Origin: Massalongia carnosa
Lineage: Eukaryota
DNA: 64,000 bases
Direction of reading: 5' to 3'
NCBI GenBank assembly: GCA_965645245.1
Contig: OZ287068.1
Span: forward strand, 1,302,001-1,366,000
The notes under the pieces were generated by a model, which was given only the letters and a program-made list of their open reading frames with translations, was not told where the DNA came from and did no database searches. The translations under genes and the position numbers were made by a program. Below, one piece after another: positions 1 to 14,252 of this stretch. Position 1 is the first letter of the stretch. The number at the start of each line of letters is the position of its first letter.

Positions 1-3000
1 TAATCGGAAACAAGCTAGCAATCCAGACGCTGCGAGGTAAGAGCTACAGACTCATCATTCACAGGCAGCTGAAAGCATAGACTTGTCTACACTCCGTGTT
101 TCAATCATCCTACCTGCACTTTCTCTTATTTATCTACTCCCAATCACTACAAAATGCTTACATTATCAATGCTTCTTTCGTGATACCATTTCCTTAAGCC
201 ATTCAAGTCTAGATGTTTTCTATTTGCATGGAGCATTCAGACTCTTCAACCCTTTATCAAGCTTACACATGGCAATCAGACGGAATGCTCCTCAGAAAGC
301 TTGGACATCAGGCATGAATCCAATCACCCAACGATCAACTACTCCCGCCCAGCTTAATGGTGCCGGGCCACAGCCAAGGCCTATGTCACAGAAGCCTGTA
401 AACGCTCAAGAATCGAATACTTCAGATAAGCACGCCAATGATCGCCTAGTTTTCTTGTTCGCAAATATTATGGTACGTCATCTACAAGCTTGGCAAGATT
501 TCAACCATGCTAACTTTAATAGGGTCTTCCTGCCTCAATCACAGTCAAGAATGGTGATACCTTCACGGGTATATTTTTCGGTGCAACAATGGAAGGTCAT
601 GACTCTGCCTACCTCTTGAAGATGGTGCAGCAGATCAGCAACAAAGGAGAGATCAATGGCGCAAAAGAAGTCATCGAGGAATACATTGGTGTTGGTGACG
701 ATTGTGCAATGTCCTTTGACATCAAGGAAGTCATCGACCTTGCTGTTGAAGGGGTTGTATTCAATAATCGAGACAGAGCCCAAAATGGTACTTCCCATCA
801 GGAAGCTCGTCCCCCCTCGTACTAATCCTTGTCACTAGGTTCTGCAAGTTTCCGGACCGATGCCGACATTTCTGGCAATCTAAATATCCGTGAGCGCGAT
901 CTTCAACGGTGGGAGCCATCAACGGAACCGGATGTTGACCTTTCACTTGAACAAACGGAGGGATCTTGGGATCAATTCAAGGTCAACGAACAAAAATTTG
1001 GACTCAAGAGCGATTATGATGAGAATATCTATACTACGACCATAGATCGGTCCAACCCATTATATCCGCAACGCGAGGCGGAGGCCCAAAGGATTGCACA
1101 AGAGATCGAACGTACCTCTACTGATAACGTTCATGTGAGGGAAGAGAGAGGCACGTTAAAAGAAGGCGATGGATTAGATGAAGAGAACAAGTAGGTCTTA
1201 CGTCTTGGGTTCTACCCACAACTGCGATGCTGATAATTCATAGATTTAGTGGAGTTCAACGTCAAGCCTCGGATTACCCACCCTTACAGCCTAGTCAAGG
1301 CAACAAGTACATGCCCCCAGCTCGTCGCCTTCCAACGAGTAGACCGACTGTTGCCGGGGCTCCTGTTGACCCTGCAATCATCTCTTCGCAAATTGCTCGC
1401 CCTGAAAGTATTGTTCAAGATCGCAAAATAACAACAGCAACCTCAACCAAGGTTGACACAAATCGGTCAAATAGCACAGAAGCAGGGCAGGCAGAAACTC
1501 CAAAGGAGAGCATAAGAGAGAGTAAGGATGTCATGCCATCTAACCTGCGGCCATTGGGGAACAGCAAAGCACCCATATCGAGTACTTCCGCGACTACGAA
1601 TGTTGAGACCGAGGTCCTCGACTCGTTCCGTCAATTCGCTAACTTGGAGAAAATCAAATTTACGGATAGTCGACGTCAACGAGCTTCGCATGATAAGGCC
1701 ATCAAGCTCAACGATCTAATGAAATTTTCCAAAACTTTTAAGCTCCTCACCCCAGTGCCAAAAGACCTCGTTCCAATCCTTGCAAAGGACAAATCCAAGC
1801 AAGAAGAAATTATGGAAAAGGCTCAACGCAATGCTGAATCTATGATGAATACGCCGCCGAAACTTGCGGCACTCGTGACTTCTGGGGATCTAAAACCTGC
1901 AAGGCCTCTTGCCGAAGCGAAGTATGAAGGGACAAAGATTTCACCAAGCGCTGCACTCGTGCCGAGCGTATCGGAGTCTCAAGACTATTTGCCTGGTCGT
2001 TCGGTATACCCAATCCAAGGGTCACAAGCTACTGTTCCACCAAGAGAGCGACATAACCAGATCAACAACATGCCAACTCCTTCACCCAAGGCCGGCCAAG
2101 GCCTACTTGGCCGTCGCCTGGAAGACAGCCATCGAATGTACAAAGTAGGGCTGCCTGTAAATGTTCCGGCACCCTTACCTATCCAAAGTGCCCCGAAGGG
2201 TACCTCGAGGTCCACGGCTAATCCTCCACCGGTACCGTCTTCGCAGGCATCAAGCATCGCCCGCACACCAACGTCGGCTGCTTCGGCCAAGTTCAATGTC
2301 AAGGCGATGGAATTCAAGCCTAATCCAGCAGCCAATACATTCAAACCAACTGGAGAACCTAGCACAACCTCTAGCCCTAGAGCTACTCCAAATGCCCGTC
2401 CTTCATCTCGCGCACCTAGTCCCACAGCCTTCTTCGGGAATAAAAAGCCCTTGCCACCCACAGAGAGACTTTCGATCTTAGACAATTTCAACCCTCTCAA
2501 ACGACTTAAGGAAAAAGCTCAAGATGATGAGGGCAAGTTGAAGGACTACGCTTCTAATGGTGGAATTCCTCATGCTTACGCAACTCCTCCTACATGGAAA
2601 ACTTTCAAAGATGGCGAGGAGTACAAGTCTTACAAAGACATGTTTGACAACCTTTCTCAAGCGCTCACCAAGGTCTCCTCTCAACAGGCATCTCCAGTCA
2701 ATCCGCCACTGCCCCATCAGCACCAATTGCCCCTTCATCTGCAGCACGGGTCATATGGTGTACCTCAATTGCATGCCCCTCAACAAGCGCCGTTTCCGGT
2801 CCAACAGCAGAATCACCACTATCCCAATGGACCGCATCACTACGATGACCACCGTATGCACTTATCTGCGTCATCCTCCTCAGTCTATCCGTCGCCGAGA
2901 CTGCAGAATACTAACATGGCTTACCCATCCCCAATGGCTCAGCCAGCCCAACTCGCGTATGGTCAGCCAGTACCACACTATGTTATGGGACCTAATGGCC

Positions 3001-3591
3001 CGCAACCGACTCATTTCAGGCAATATGCTGCAGGGCCTCCGATGGTCCCAGGCCAAGGGCCGCAACTCGCAGCGCCGATGATGGTTCAGCAATCCTCTCA
3101 AGGAGGCTTCGTGGCTCCTCATGGCATGAGCGTTCCTTTCAACCCTCAGATGCCAATATATCCTCCCGGGCAACCTACAGCCTATGGTGGGCAGCCCCAA
3201 GCTCCCAATGGATACCCGAGCCCTGGCCGTGGAGCCCCAATGATGATGCATCAAGGTTCCCATCAAGGGCAACAAGGCCAGATTTATGCGAATCCAGGGC
3301 AATATGGCCCTCCTGTATATGCACAGCAGCCACCTCCCCACAGTAAGTTTAATTGAAGCGCCCGCCCACGTCACGAGGATCAGCCATCTAACAAGAATTC
3401 TAGTGATGCCGATGAGAGGTTATGGCTCTCCGCAGCCACCCTACAACCAAAGCCCCCAACAGCAGCATCACTACCCACCTCACAGCAATCGTGGCCACAA
3501 TAATAGCTACGGACAGCCTTCACATCAACACATGACAGCGCAGCATCCTTCACCGAGCGTACCAATGGATAATAGAGAAGATTCTAAATGA
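1..3591 (+). CDS. PBP1: Pab1-binding protein / ataxin-2 homolog (LSm + LsmAD + PAM2-like + Pro/Gln-rich tail); 5' end lies outside the window
   Basis: Spliced model with introns 37-279, 473-522, 788-838, 1191-1243 and 3343-3403, all GT-AG. It gives QKAWTSGMNPITQR, the LSm segment ITVKNGDTFTGIF, the LsmAD motif WDQFKVNEQKFGLKSDYDENIYTTTIDRS, a PAM2-like KFNVKAMEFKP and a P/Q-rich C-terminus. Stop at 3591. Confidence 0.92.
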
Positions 3592-4579
3592 GACGGTAAC
3601 CTGCAGAAGCCGCGGATTTCATCCGTCGCTTCGACGCGATTCTGCACGGCGCTCCGATGCTCCGATTGTCCAGCTTTCATCTGGAGCTGTTTGACAAGGC
3701 ATGACTAAGGATCCTCCGTGCGTCATTCCCTTACCTGTCATCCCACTTTAGCGGCATCATCATACCCGCGGCATGAGCGAAAGGCGTTTTCGATGGCCCA
3801 GGATACATATCCATCAGTCTGTTAAAAAAAGCCTAGCCGCTGTGGAGGAGGGCACAACAGGGGAGAGATCAGCGGGGTTAGCAGGATTGGTTGCTTCTTC
3901 TGGCGAAGACTGAAAGATGTATGCAATTGAGTGACTAAGTGGGGGATTGTAGCTGATAGCTGCTGTGTGTTGCAGCTGTAGCCGATGAATGATCTAAATG
4001 AAGCTTGCTTAATCGGTAGGTGCACACTATCAGATTGTGTGAAACTGTGCTCGTGCTCCAACATGCAATGCTACCCACCGATGTTTCAGTGCAGTGTATT
4101 GAGGGTGACAGCAAGAAAATGGAATGCCATGGCGGATGCCAAGCGATACTTGCGAGTGGCGGTGGGTATCGAGTGGTTTTCTATCTCTGATATCTGCATT
4201 CCTGGAATTAAACACCTATTTACGGAGGTACCTTACAGCAATGCAGTGGTTTTGACCTACACCAACTTCAGAAAGTTCTCTTAATGAGTTCTTTTTGGAA
4301 GTGCCGCTGTGGGTAAAGGAGTCTTTTTGCGCTGATGACGTGACCGTAATATATAAATTTATAGCCGAGGCAACGTTAGATTCCGTGAGGAAAACTCCTT
4401 ACTCCTTGTAGTTAGTTGGCTCCGGATGTAGTGGTTCCTACGACGGAGATTAGATTTGTTTGGATGCGCTTCAATCGATGGCTGACTGATTAAGGCGGGG
4501 AATTCTCTTCCCCCACTGCACACTTCCTATTTATAAAGACTGATATCTTCGAAAAAGGCCATTTGATTACCATTTTTCA

Positions 4580-6531
4580 ATGGATATTGTCGATCGTGAT
4601 TTGGAAAAGGCCGAACGCGATGCAAGTATTGACCGTTTCCCAGCATCCGGGAGCAAGACGCATGATGGAGTCCAACGAGTGCCAACCGCGGGTTCCAGCT
4701 CGACCGGAACGTCCTCGTCGGCATCTGTTGTTCGGGAAGAGATGGGAATATCGAGATTAAATACACAACGAGATCTAGAACGGCATCCGACGGCGCTGAG
4801 CCGCATCGAAACCCAGCGCACACAACATAGTGGGACTGTGGGAAGAAGCCTGAAGTCACGCGAGTCCAAAAAACCGCTGCCCAACTTTGGTGGAGGAAAG
4901 GATTATCCACCTCTCTTGCCAGAGCGCGAAGAATACGTGGTCGAGTTTGATGGACCGGATGATCCGCTGCATCCACAGAACTGGCCGATGAAAAAGAAGT
5001 GAGTGGGCGCTGTGAAGCCGGACACATGCAAGCGACACATGCAAGCGAACTAATAATGTTGAAAGGGTTTTCCTTGCCGTAATCCTCGGATATACCACAC
5101 TTGTAGCAACTTTTAACAGCAGTATATTCTCTTCAGCAACCGGGGCGGTCGCCCACCAATTTCACGTAGGAACAGAAGTTGGAATACTGGGGATTTCACT
5201 ATATGTTCTGGGGTTCGCGACAGGGCCCATCCTTTGGGCCCCACTGTCGGAGTTGCGCGGTCGAAAGCTTCCATTGACTATCGCCATGTTTGGCTTCTCG
5301 ATCTTCTCGATCGGAACGGCCGTGGCGAAGGATCTTCAGACCGTGATGATTTGTCGCTTCTTCACCGGCGTCTTTGGTTCTTGCCCTCTTGCAGTCGTGG
5401 CCGCAGTCTTCTCCGACATGTTTGACAACCGCACTCGCGGTCTCGCCATCACCGTTTTTTCGATGACAGTATTCTCCAGTCCTCTTCTCGCCCCATTCAT
5501 CGGAGGGTTCACCGTACTGAACCGGCACTTGGGATGGCGCTGGACAGAATACATTGCCGCGATGCTTGGGTTCCTAGCATTTGGGCTCAACCTGGTTTTT
5601 CTTGAAGAAACGTACCCACCTGTCGTCTTGGTGCAAAAGGCAGCGGAGCTCCGTCGGCGCACGAAGAACTGGGGAATCCACGCCAAGCAGGAGGAAATTG
5701 AGGTTGATTTCCGCGAGCTCATGACCAAGAATTTCAGTCGTCCATTGCGCATCCTCGTGACGGAACCGATCGTCTTGTTGCTGAGCATCTACATGGCCTT
5801 CATTTACGGCCTTCTCTACCTTTTTTTGACCGCCTACCCTATCGTGTTTCAACGAATTCATGGGATGAACCTTGGTATTGGCGGCTTGCCTTATTTCGGC
5901 ATGATTATCGGCATGTTCATTGCAGGCATCACGATTGTCCTTTTGCAACCGTCGTACAACAGGAAATTGGCCGCCAACAACGACATCCCAGTTCCCGAAT
6001 GGCGTCTTCCTCCGGTCATTGCGGGTGGTATAGCTTTCACCGGGGGGCTATTCTGGTTCGGATGGTCCGGGTACAGGTCGGACATTCACTGGATTGTACC
6101 CGCCTTGTCTGGGATCCTTATCGGGTTCGGCCTTTTGTCCATCTTCCTACAATCTCTTAATTACATCGTCGATGCTTATCTTATGTTGTACGTATCCTCG
6201 CATCTTCAGTGATACCTTCTCTTTTGCCCCTATCCCTCCTTCGCTCCCTCCCTTTAGAAAGAACCCCACATCTAACTTCCCTCCCTCCCACAGCGCCGCC
6301 TCCGCCATCGCAGCCAACACCTTCCTTCGCTCCCTCGCCGGTGCCGTCTTCCCCCTCTTCTCCATCTACATGTTCGACGCCCTCAAGGTCAACTACACCG
6401 GCACGCTCCTCGGCTGCGTCGCACTCGTGCTGGTGCCGATCCCTATCGTCTTCTACCGCTTCGGTGCCAAGCTTCGCGCCAGGTCGAAGTTCGCGCCCAC
6501 AATGAAGCCAGTAGTGGTGGAGGACGAGTGA
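4580..6531 (+). CDS. MFS multidrug/polyamine antiporter, DHA1 (Tpo1/Flr1-like) family
   Basis: Exons 4580-4998, 5066-6187 and 6294-6531. Motifs [43 protein letters not shown] and YIVDAYL, with multiple hydrophobic helices. Confidence 0.92.
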
Positions 6532-6563
6532 GTACGTCCTATAAATTCCTTTAATGTTGAAAA

Positions 6564-6593
6564 GGGGGGGGGGGGGGGGGGGGGGTAGGGGGG
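6564..6593 (+). repeat. Poly-G tract just after the MFS stop codon
   Basis: About 22 consecutive G, followed by TAGGGGGG. Confidence 0.9.
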
Positions 6594-7397
6594 TATAATA
6601 GTGGCACTAAAGCTACGATAGGCGGAATACCAGTGACTCGCTCAATCATCATCATCATCGAGGAGTAATATAAATCATTTGGATCATTAGAGTCGGAATT
6701 GGAGTTCTCCGACCCCACAGCGCTGTCGGCAGATCAAACGTGTAAATAATCGGTGCTCCCCATCGCAACAGAGATATATTCTGGCATAATTAGTTTAGCC
6801 TTCATGATCATGGATTTTTTTTCCTTCCATTTCCCAAGAATAGAAATCCATCCATCCATTTCCCCTTCTTATTTTTGTATTACTACTGATGAATGACATC
6901 CGATTGATCGATCAACAACTCAAATCAGTCAACCGGTCAATTTAACCAATCGATCAATCACTTAACCCCTTGTGAGAGGGGGGTGGATGGATGGAATGGA
7001 AAGAAGCGGAGAGAAGGAGAAGAAGTGGGGGGCGGGAGGTCTTTGCTCTGATTCTTCTCTTCTCCGATTCCCGATCTGAGGGCCGATTGGATTAAGAGGA
7101 GAGGAGAGGGATGGAAAGTGGGGTTGGGTTTGGGTTGGTGATGATGATGGGTAGGAGGGGGAGAAAGGGGGTGGATGGTGAGAGAGCGAGGGAGGGAAAG
7201 AGAAGAGAAGAAGAAAAAGGTACGGTGTAGGTACGAATGAATGAATAAATATAGAACCATATCGCTGCCATCGCGATACGTATCTTATACATATACCCAC
7301 CCATTAGATAGGTTGGCCGTCGGACAAAATTACCGATTTATTACCAATTTTATCCGACGCCAGCCTACCATCAGATATATCCCCACACCATCCCAGT

Positions 7398-9946
7398 TTA
7401 CCCCGCCCCCGAAAACACCAAATACCCCGCCACCACCCCTCCAGGACTCCATCCGCCGGGATTGAAATCCTGCCTCGGATCCCCCCGCCCGTCCAAAACC
7501 ATCACGTCCGAGTTCCTTGTGTTCACCCCCAACCACCACAGCGCTACTGGGCTGTTGACAACACGCGCCTGCTGGCGGATGCACTTGTCGCCGCACACAG
7601 TCGCGGGGCACGAGTAGCACCCGGACACCTCGCCGTGGAAAAACGTCCAGAAGGCAGCCGCGTACAGGAATAGCTCCTCCCCCCCGTCGATGTTCTGCGC
7701 GAGCCCCATGCGGCACGCTTGGTCCTCGCCCGCGCACCAGGCAAAGTCCGGATCGCCGTAGAGGGCCAGGGCCGGGGCCCACGGAGCGGGGGCGTTTTGC
7801 AGGGAGCCGGCGCCTTGCCAGTAAGCGGTTTCGGACTGCTGAAGACCGGCGAATACGTGTTGCGCGCCCTGCAGGTTATAGTTGTACAACGTATTGTGCT
7901 CGAAAGCAGTACCGGTCAACCAGGTGCCCCCTTTGGCTTCGATGAGGGCACCCCGGCCCGTGGCGATATTCTGGTAGCCGCCACGCTCGAGTGAGTGGTC
8001 GGCGGTCCAGCCCCACATGTTGTCGATATAGCAAGAGGAAGAAGAGGTGAGATGGAGCATCGCGAAGGCGGCGAGGCAGGTTGCCGTGTTGGATCCGTTG
8101 CAGGCAACGTTAACGTTTGTGTCTGCGGTGCCGCCAACTAGGATGTGAGTGTTCCAGAGGCCGACATCGCCTGGGAGTGAGCCTGCCATGTTGACTTGCA
8201 GGATTATGGCGCCAGGGGCAATATCGGCAACTGAGAAGCGCATGTCTTGGATTTGAGCGAGACCTATTTGGCCAGGGTTGCCAATCATGATTATTGGTTT
8301 TGGATTATTGCGGTCACCAAAATATCCACCAATACCTAAGGGTTGATTCAGCATTCTGGACAAGGATTTGTATCAAAAATCTTACCTGAAATCACAGGCC
8401 AAGCCTCTCCTACTATTCGACTTCCCGGAGGAACATAGAGGGTGTTCCTTACAACATAGACGCCATACGGGAAGTAAGAGAGTTTGCCTTTGGCCGCGTT
8501 ATCTGCTAAAATAGCATTCAGCGAGATCGAGTCGTCCGTTGCGCCATCGCCTTTGACACTGACTTGGGTTAACACGAAACCATAATGGTTTACAGCGAGA
8601 CTTACGGATGGCCAGCGACAGCTTTAACATTTACGATCTGGTCATTTGTGAACTCTGTGTAAGTAGGTTGAGCCTTGGTGAAGAATTTTCCATCTGATAG
8701 CAGTTTTGCAGATCGAGCTATTCTCAGCGTTTTCCCAGTTTGAAAGTTCCCAGGATCTAAATTTCCCCAGATCCAAGTATCAGACGGATCGATACTCTGT
8801 AATCTTATACTCCCGTCAGCTGCCACAGCGACGGGATTCACGCCCAAATGAGATAGGTTCTCGATGATAACTTGATTATTGCGAGGTCCGTTGTCGCGAG
8901 ACGAGTCACGGAATTTGATTGTGGGCCCTGAATTTACCGAAGTCGAATCCAATATAATAACGCTCCCAAGCTGATTGCCGCCGATAGCATCGATACCCAA
9001 GCCACAAGTGTCAAAGGTGGCGCCCTGAATGAGGGCAGTGAACCCGCCAGTAAAAGCCAGTGCTGTTGTGCAATGCTGAAACGAGATATTCTTGAAATTT
9101 ACTTGCTGGTTTCCATTGCGGATCCCAACTGCACCTCCGACGATCGTCTTTGCTTCAACTGTTAGCAGATTATGGTCAACTTCCACCGAGGGCAAATCTT
9201 ACAATATCTGTCACAGATGTGGTCGACCCCTGATCTAAGGCAATTCCAACATGTCCATTCGAATTGGTAGCCATTTGGATCTTGATATTGGTCAGTTGAC
9301 AGGCTTGAGCAACACCCCAGTTTAGCGCAATAACGCCCTTGTCTTTGTCAATATCTGTAGTATCAATCACAATGTTTTTGATCGCAACGAAAAAGTTGGT
9401 TGTCCCGCTTGTACCATCAGTTGCAAAGTCATATCCGTTGATCAAAGAACCGCCGCTGAATCCTGACGAAGCTTTGAAAATTGGTGGATTGTTGGGGTCG
9501 CCAACAAGAATTGTGTTCAGTCGTAGATCCACGGTCCTCGATATCCTATACTCACCTCCAGGAACGAAAACTTCGGCTGGGCGTGTTGTGACCTCATTCT
9601 TGTAACGCGTGCCCCCTTTCCCGTCGTTATTGATTGCGTTCTGAAGCGCGTCTGTATCATCCTGCAGGCCATTTCCAGCGGCTCCATATGATCGAACGTT
9701 GCGATAGACTGGATAGGTAAAGTCTGTCCCTAAGAAAGGAGCGTAGCCTCTGGCAGACCCCGTGTGATCTTGTGCATCTAGCCAGTATATCGATTCGGCC
9801 AAACTAAGAGCTATTGGGATCTGAGGTGGACCGTTTCCTTGACGCGCTGGGAGAACCGCGGGTGGAGATCTACTCTCCGCCATAGAATAAGCCGAAGCGG
9901 CTGCTACGATGGCGATCGCAAGCGACCAAGTGCATGCCTGCTGCAT
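7398..9946 (-). CDS. Secreted GH55-type exo-beta-1,3-glucanase (tandem pectate-lyase-like beta-helix domains)
   Basis: Signal peptide; YPVYRNVRSYGAAGNGLQDDTDALQNAI; a second repeat VKGDGATDDS; WGWTADH; EHNTLYNYN; QSETAYWQ, which matches the GH55 catalytic QxETxYxQ motif. Three GT-AG introns near 9200, 8600 and 8385 join the four ORF pieces. Confidence 0.88.
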
Positions 9947-12776
9947 GATGAGGTCAGGGCACGTAGGTGGAAAGGTAGGGGCTCCAAGGATAAAAACAAC
10001 GAGAGATGATGAATCGGCGAAGTTAGGAATTGGAGAGGGATGAAGCAGTTTCTAACCGTGAGGCTCTCCGGATTCTGCGGCCAATATGCAGTAACCTGCA
10101 GGCCTTCATCATTGCCTTGGATGATCTGCCTTGGCTGGGCTGAGACATCATAAATTATTATTCTGAAATTATAAGGAAGTCGGGAACTAACAAGGGCCTA
10201 TCAACATCAGGCCACCGACTATTCAAGGCATTGAGCCTTGGTTTTAGGCTCATGATTGGAAGAGCGGAAATCTAAGCCGCTATACAAAAGATAAAATTTC
10301 AGAGGAAACGAATAGGTATTTGACACCGTTGAGAAACTTGCGCTCCGAGATGAGAGGAAACTAGTTTCATTTTTGGTTGAGAAGTAGTTATAGAGCTATC
10401 TAGGAGGTTTTAGGCCTTTTAGGTACCCGATACTTGCTTTTTGAGCGGGAAATATGTGTGCTGTTTCTTTGCTACTAATCCCTCTCTCCTTTCTCAAAAC
10501 ATAACGCGTGTGGCTGAATTTGTAATTGAGAACCATGAAGTTAGCTAACTCTCGCTTGTAAAATAGCCATGTATACTCTAGAGTATGCAGCAGATATTAC
10601 CTTAATACCTTCCTATGCGCAACAACGAAATCTTGATTCATATCGCCGCCCCCCTTTGCGTGTAAACAAAAAATTACATTTCTCTATTCATAGAAATTGC
10701 AAGTCCTGCATGACGGACGACCAAGGATCCTAGCACTGAAGCTCCCAAATGGTAGTTTTTGTGCATACTTTCCCCAGCTCCAAAAATTACCTTGCGCTTG
10801 TTATCTTCATCAGGGGCTCTTAATTGGGTTTGATCCTACATTCACAAAACACGCTGTTAGTAATAGATGGCGGAAACTGCAGCGTCATGGATTCAAAAGC
10901 CATGGGGACAACTCCAATTGCAAGCAGAAGTTTTAAATGTTTTCTCAACTCGACATTTGCTTGCGCTGCTAACTCAAAGAGCTGACAAAAAACTCCTAGC
11001 TCGGACTAACAAATAACTAGTATCCCCCAACCCTAATAGAGACAATGTTAGCCTATTGAATAACTCCAAAATGATCTCTCAAGTCACCATGGCGGGAAGA
11101 CATGAAGGACGAATAACAAACAAAGCCAGACGGGAAGAATGGCAGCGGAGAGGGAGGAGAACCGAAGGGTTCAATCGGGTAGAGTTGGAAAGCAATGCCC
11201 GCCAAGACATCACCTGGGTTCCGATTATAAGGCACCTTTATATTTAATAACGCAGAAGAGAATCAAGCTTCACATTAGTCTGCCCTCTTTCTAGCATGGC
11301 GAGGTCAAATAGCCCACACATCTGCTTGAACAATTGGGTTGGGAATTATGACAAGAAACTTGCACAATCTAGGATGATTCTGCGTACACAGAAAAATCCG
11401 GTTATTTTCTTGGCTCTGATATGATAAAAATTAAGATGATTTTCAAAATAGAAAATGAACTTCGCTTCCTTTCAACAATGTTATTCAAAGCGGTATTAAG
11501 GCCGTAATGAAGCGTTTGGACCGGTGTAAATAGCTGAATCATCACTATGAAGGATTAGCTTCCCATTCTTTTGGCGCATTCTCGTGTTTCTATGCCATGA
11601 CATCTTTTCCATTTCAGAACCCGATGGGTTCACAAACAGCACATGTAGCCTGTCTGATACAACGTCAAACACTTTGAGTCGGATCTGAAGTCTGTCACAA
11701 AGGAGTTGGGCTTTTTTCAGAAAAGGTAGCCTTTCAAGCATCAAGTGTCTTCAAAAGGGCGTCCTCATTTGTTGAAATGATGAAGGCTGTCAGATCAATG
11801 GGGCTTTCATTGAGGGTGAAGCACGACATAAGCATAGTTACGGACGGGTAGCCTGTAGTCAAAGATTTACGAAATCTTCTCCTTCATCAGGTATTTAGCG
11901 CAACATACCAACAGCAGAGACCAACAAACTATAAGACGAGTCCACAGGTGCTATGATAATGTCGGGGTGCTCTTTTAGACGATCGCATCGATGCTTTTTG
12001 ACCTCAAGTGAATCTTTCGTAATTTAGAAGCCTATTATCATGGCCAATCGGCATGATAGCTTTAGAAGCGCCGATTAATAAATCTTGGTTTGAGTATCCT
12101 CGAGAGAAACCAGTCAACAGGATTCAACGCGCCTATTCTAATAAATCCAATTTTCAGGAGAACTTTAAGCGTATTTGTGAAACAGTTTCCTATTTCCTAG
12201 ATGAGTTAAATATATATCGGCAAAGTTTCAAAGTCTTATTCGCAGAAAGATCTTTTCCTCTTGTCGTATATAAGGATGCTGGAGGGAAAAGTATTTTGAA
12301 GTAGTTAAACTAACGATTAGGATCCTAAGAAAAGTATGACTAAAGGAGAATTGGTTTTCTGTTCAGGTAAAAGAGCCATATGGGAATGTCATGTACCAAT
12401 CAAGTTGCTAAATTATACCTACCGTCACCAAATATGTAAAGCTCAAACTCATGGTTCATCCGCGACAAAAACTCGTAGGCCAGAAGATTCAATGATCCAG
12501 GAGGGGAGTGGGTTGCCCAGCTGCATAATTCTCTGCCCTGCTTTTTTGGAGTAAAAAGAGAGAGAGGGAGGTATCCTGCGAATATGAATATTTGGATGTA
12601 GAGTGAACGATGTTTGAATGTATTATACAGAATGCACTCTCGTGCACGCCCCTCAGCTTTGCAGCACAATGTTAGCACAAATTCGCCTACCTAGGTTCAC
12701 TGCTCAATCTGAAAAGCAGCATCGTAGAAAAGGTCCGGTCCGTCTTCTATACCAACCCAATCTTTATATACAATCC

Positions 12777-13603
12777 TTAGGCCTTCTTGCCTGATTGAAT
12801 CCCCTTGGGTCTGCGTTTTCCAATATCCCAGCCCCAACCTCGCAGCACCTTGACCACCTTAGGCGTGACGGCCGCAGTGATAGGGATGCGGATGAAAATA
12901 AAGCTCTTGTGGATCGCATACGCAAGCGCTAGTTGCGTCCAAATACCTTTATACACAAATCAGCATGAGAAACAGAGTGTCATCCCGCCACGTGGATAAA
13001 ATATGACTCACTGGCATTTTCGCCCCGGTTCTGTTTTTCCGCTTCCTTAACCCCATGGTCGTAGCCCGCAAGTCCCATTTCCTCATTTTGCAGCGTATCC
13101 AGACCCCGATGCTCGCCCACCTTGTTATCGGCGCCCTCGATTGCCACCTCAGGGTCAACCATCCGGGCTGGAAATGGGTAGGGAACCACTTTCCAGAACC
13201 ATTCTAGCACAACGTGTTCCCAGTGACCTATACGATCGGTCCCAAGCCAACGAACAGCAAGGAAGCAGAATGGAAAATCTAGCGCGGAAAGCGCCAAGTA
13301 GACCCCTAATGCTGACCATCCATATTCTCGGCTTAGTTTCCGAAACCGCTGAGATAAGGAGAGCGATGATTCAGGGGGGTGGGCAGCTGGATGTGAGGAG
13401 GGAGGAGGCTTGGTGGAGTGGAAGCGTTTGCCGAATAGATGTTGGCCGGAACTGCGTCGGGAAAGAAGTTTTAGAAGGGGTGAGTGATGAAACGTTATCT
13501 TCTGTGCCTGTGGATTAACCCTGGAAGCTGGGAACCTTAGGTTGCAGGTTGAGTTGCGGAGAGTGGAGAAAAGTTTTTGCTTGAGCAGTTGAACGGATTT
13601 CAT
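12777..13603 (-). CDS. NAT2: Mitochondrial DUF1279/FAM210 family protein (Nat2-like)
   Basis: Basic N-terminal presequence; LSQRFRKLSREYGWSALGVYLALSALDFPFCFLAVR; after the intron (~13011-12947), IWTQLALAYAIHKSFIFIRIPITAAVTPKVVKVLRGWGWDIGK. Stop at 12777. Confidence 0.88.
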
Positions 13604-14252
13604 CTTTGACAGGATGTCCCGGCTTTTTCTGCCGAGCACAAATTCAGGGGTTTAACTTGTCAAGTGAGCAACGCCAAGGGAAAGGTAGAATCTAGCTCGA
13701 GGTTCTTCATTGCTGCGGAATGATGGCAACACGGAATCCTATCCAAGTGGACATATCACTACGATTAAAATTCCTTCCTACCCGGCACTGGGTTATTCCA
13801 TAAATGCAAAGGCTGACTCCGGAAGACTCCCGGAATGCCGATCACGTGCCTCATGATACATTGCGCTAGACCCCTTTGGTGTTTTTCGGTTTTTCCAATC
13901 GATTTGCAAAGAACTTTTGCTCAATGGCAGATGCGAAGCTGGACTTAGCTTTTCCCATAGTTCACTTATGAGACATGCTTACCAACATGCAGATATCTTA
14001 CTAAGGGATATCAGTTACGCATATAAAAAAGCCCTGTTATTATCCCCGTCCTTTCTTGCCTCTACGAGCTGTCTAGCCCCTCCGGGTTAAAAAGTTTCGC
14101 TAAGCTCCTTCAGATTAGTGTCCCGGCTGACTAACGTGGCCGTGAGGGAACGTCTGAGCGCAAAACTCAAAATTACGATCAGATATTCGTAATTAATCAT
14201 GTAATATTGCGAGTTTTCAATGTTTTGATGTCTTACTTTTCATGTTTACATA

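Noticed and set aside
37..279. Stwintron or snoRNA in the long first PBP1 intron
   Set aside because: A single canonical excision restores the frame, and I saw no nested donor or convincing box C/D pair.
6958..7304. Minus-strand ORFs between the MFS and GH55 genes (similarly 21067-21567 and 59576-59767)
   Set aside because: Low-complexity purine/pyrimidine tracts in terminator regions giving F/S/P/L-rich pseudo-peptides.
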